DNA of 64,000 nucleotides, taken from Camelus ferus (taxonomy: Eukaryota). The DNA is taken from contig NC_045697.1 in NCBI RefSeq assembly GCF_009834535.1, positions 4,156,001 to 4,220,000 on the forward strand, written 5' to 3'. Shown piece by piece: positions 61,851 to 64,000 of this stretch; the first letter of the stretch is position 1, and every line of letters begins with the position of its first letter. A program made the translations under genes and the position numbers. The notes under the pieces are model-generated. The model saw only the letters and a list, made by a program, of their open reading frames with translations, was not told the DNA's origin and searched no databases.

Positions 61851-62959
61851 GGGTGGTGCTTCTTATCGGAAGTTCCCCAGGAGGCCTGAAGCCTGGGTCT
61901 GCAGGCAGTGGAATTGGGGGGGCCACGCCCTTACTGATGTAACCCAAGGAGGAACCAGCTGAAAATCTAGTCCCCGGGGCTAAGAGCCTCTTTTTGTTTT
62001 CTTATCTAGAAGAAGCAGTACCACCACCACCCTGCCTCCTGTCCCGTTTCACTTACCACGCCCCCACCCTTTGTGACGTCCTTGTAGGGGGCCCGGAGCT
62101 CGGGGTCAGACCCCAGTGAGACACTAGGCAAAGGAGGCAGCAGGGGGAGGCAGCAGGGAGAGGCAGCAGGGAGAGGCAGAGCAGCACACCTGGCCCCTCA
62201 TCGTGGACACCGAGCGCCTGGCTTAGGTGCGCTGGCCAAGTGGGCTTCCGAATGCTGAGCCCCAGAATTTGTCTAGCATACCCACCCATCTCTGAACTGG
62301 CAGGCAGGCAGGCAGGCGCAGAGCAGAGCGGGCCCTCCTGGGCGCTGGGCTCCCAGGAGGAAGGGGGAAGGAGGGACAGGGCTCCTTACGCCCAGCCCTC
62401 CTTCCATATGTACAGATCAGAGTGGGTCACCCTCCTTCCCGAGGAGGGGAGAGGCCAGGAGCGTACTGCAGAGGACACAGCAGGAGTCTGGAAGAAGCAT
62501 CTCCCCTGCTCCCCCAACCCTGTCAGATGGTCCCCGCCATCCTGCGGGGTGGTATTGGTGTGGCTCTGTGTTCGGAGCCAAAATCTTGAGAAACAGAAAG
62601 ATCTGGATACAGAGTGGCATTTGTGCAGCCAGAGGGCATGTGGGCAGCCCAGGCCTGGCCAGTAGGTCAGTGTGACTGGAGCAGAGGTGAGGGAGGGGTA
62701 GCGGGGATGGCAAGAGAGAAGCTGGACCCAGTGCAGGGCTCCTACGTCATTGAGGAGGTGGTGGCTGGTCGGCTGTTTGGGAAAGCTCAGGCTGGAGGGG
62801 GGATGGGGTGGGTGAAACCAGAGGCAGTTGGGGGTGAGCTAAGCTGGCAGAGGCTGGGGCGGGGGGGGGGGTCCCAGAGGAAACTGGCAGAGGGACATCT
62901 AGATGACAGGACAGAGAGGCGTGCTGCTGGATCGGCTGCGGCATTTTCGTTGGGTAGTG

Positions 62960-63110
62960 GAGTCAGACCTGGGTTTGAATCCTGGCTCCCTTGGAAGTTG
63001 GATGACTTTGTCAAGTTGTATGACCTCTCTGAACCTCAGTTCTCTCATCTGTAGAATGGGGGACTCCCCGCTGCAGGGTTGTGTGCATGTAAAGCATGCA
63101 GCCCAGGGCT
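62960..63110. mobile_element. MIR SINE
   Basis: GGAGTCAGACCTGGGTTTGAATCCTGGCTC..CCTCTCTGAACCTCAGTTCTCTCATCTGTAGAATGGG. Confidence 0.75.
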
Positions 63111-64000
63111 AGGCATACGGGTCGCCTGCCGATCGCAGTACCTGGCCCGCGTGTGATTGCGAGGGAGGTGGGAGGGGATGTTGATGTGACCCCAGCTTTA
63201 AGGCCAGGCTGGTGGGCAGAGGTGGCAGAGGAGTGGGTTTGTTCTGGAGGATGGTGGGCTCAGGCCTAGACATCTTGAGTTTAAACTGCTGGTGAAAATC
63301 CAAATGGAAAGACCCAATTTGACAAGCAGGGATTGGAACAAAAAATCAGACCTGAGGCCCTTATCACTTGGCCTGTGGATACAGGAGATGGACGCTCTGT
63401 GTGGGCTCAGCTGACAGCCCCGGGACAAAAGGGGACACTAGTAAGGGGAGAGTGGGGGGGCGTATATTCTTACCCCACAGCTACCTGCAATCGGGTTGGG
63501 TTGTACAAAAAGGTAATGAGTTCCCCATCAAGGGAGGTATGAGAGTCTTGGCTGGAGGTCCACTTGGGGGGCCATGGAGAGAGGACACCAGAGAGAGTCA
63601 GACTGGATTGACCTTCAGGGGTCCTCTGAGTGTCCGCAGCTCTTCAGTGCCCTTGGCCACTGCCCCAAATCTGCACAGCATTCAGGACATAGAGGTGCTT
63701 CCGGAAGTGTAACTGTCGCCATGGCCCAGACCCACTTGAGCCTCGGGCTGGGCAGAAACAGTAAAGCAGGCGCAAATTTGCCTTTAAAATAAGATGCTGA
63801 GCATCCGCCAAATACAAATGGATTTAAACAGCTGGAAGTCTCACCTTGAGATGTGTCATTGGTGGTTTCAGTGGGGCTCTGGGCTGCCCCAGGCTGGAAT
63901 GGTGGATGTGGATCTGCTGGCACTGGTAGCTTGAGGCTCCTTTTTTGGGGCAAATGATTGGCAACATGGCACTGACCACAGAGTCACTGATTCCGATGAA

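Larger units (their letters stand above)
17375..64000 (+). other. PPP2R2C: PPP2R2C intron 1 (runs off the window)
   Basis: GT donor at 17375. No sequence encoding [28 protein letters not shown] was recognised downstream. Repeat-rich non-coding composition. Confidence 0.75.

Noticed and set aside
1..64000. A novel multi-gene biological system
   Set aside because: The window holds a single 70-nt coding exon of a known gene plus repeats and non-coding DNA; nothing seen supports such a claim.

Overview
Mammalian, non-prokaryotic, GC-rich genomic DNA, most likely from a camelid (Camelus/Vicugna/Lama): it carries a tRNA-derived Vic-1-type SINE and cetartiodactyl-type L1 3' ends. The only coding sequence I can support is the first coding exon of PPP2R2C (PP2A regulatory subunit B55-gamma; [23 protein letters not shown], + strand, 17305-17374), inside a CpG island with CGG/CCG repeat tracts. 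I did not recognise exon 2, so 17375-64000 appears to be intron 1. The rest is interspersed repeats (L1, L2, MIR, MLT/LTR16, MER45, MER58, MER63, Tigger; families assigned from recalled consensus, not by search) and unique non-coding DNA. The other ORFs in the supplied track look spurious. I see no evidence of a new multi-gene system. The most interesting observations are (1) a near-perfect REST/NRSF RE1 site in intron 1, flanked by a 275-bp direct duplication that looks like a locally templated insertion into an old LTR, with patchy identity; (2) a uORF/overlapping-uORF-rich 5' leader upstream of a weak-Kozak main ATG; (3) complementary (CGG)8/(CCG)10 tracts at the promoter; and (4) several mechanistically informative L1 junctions.
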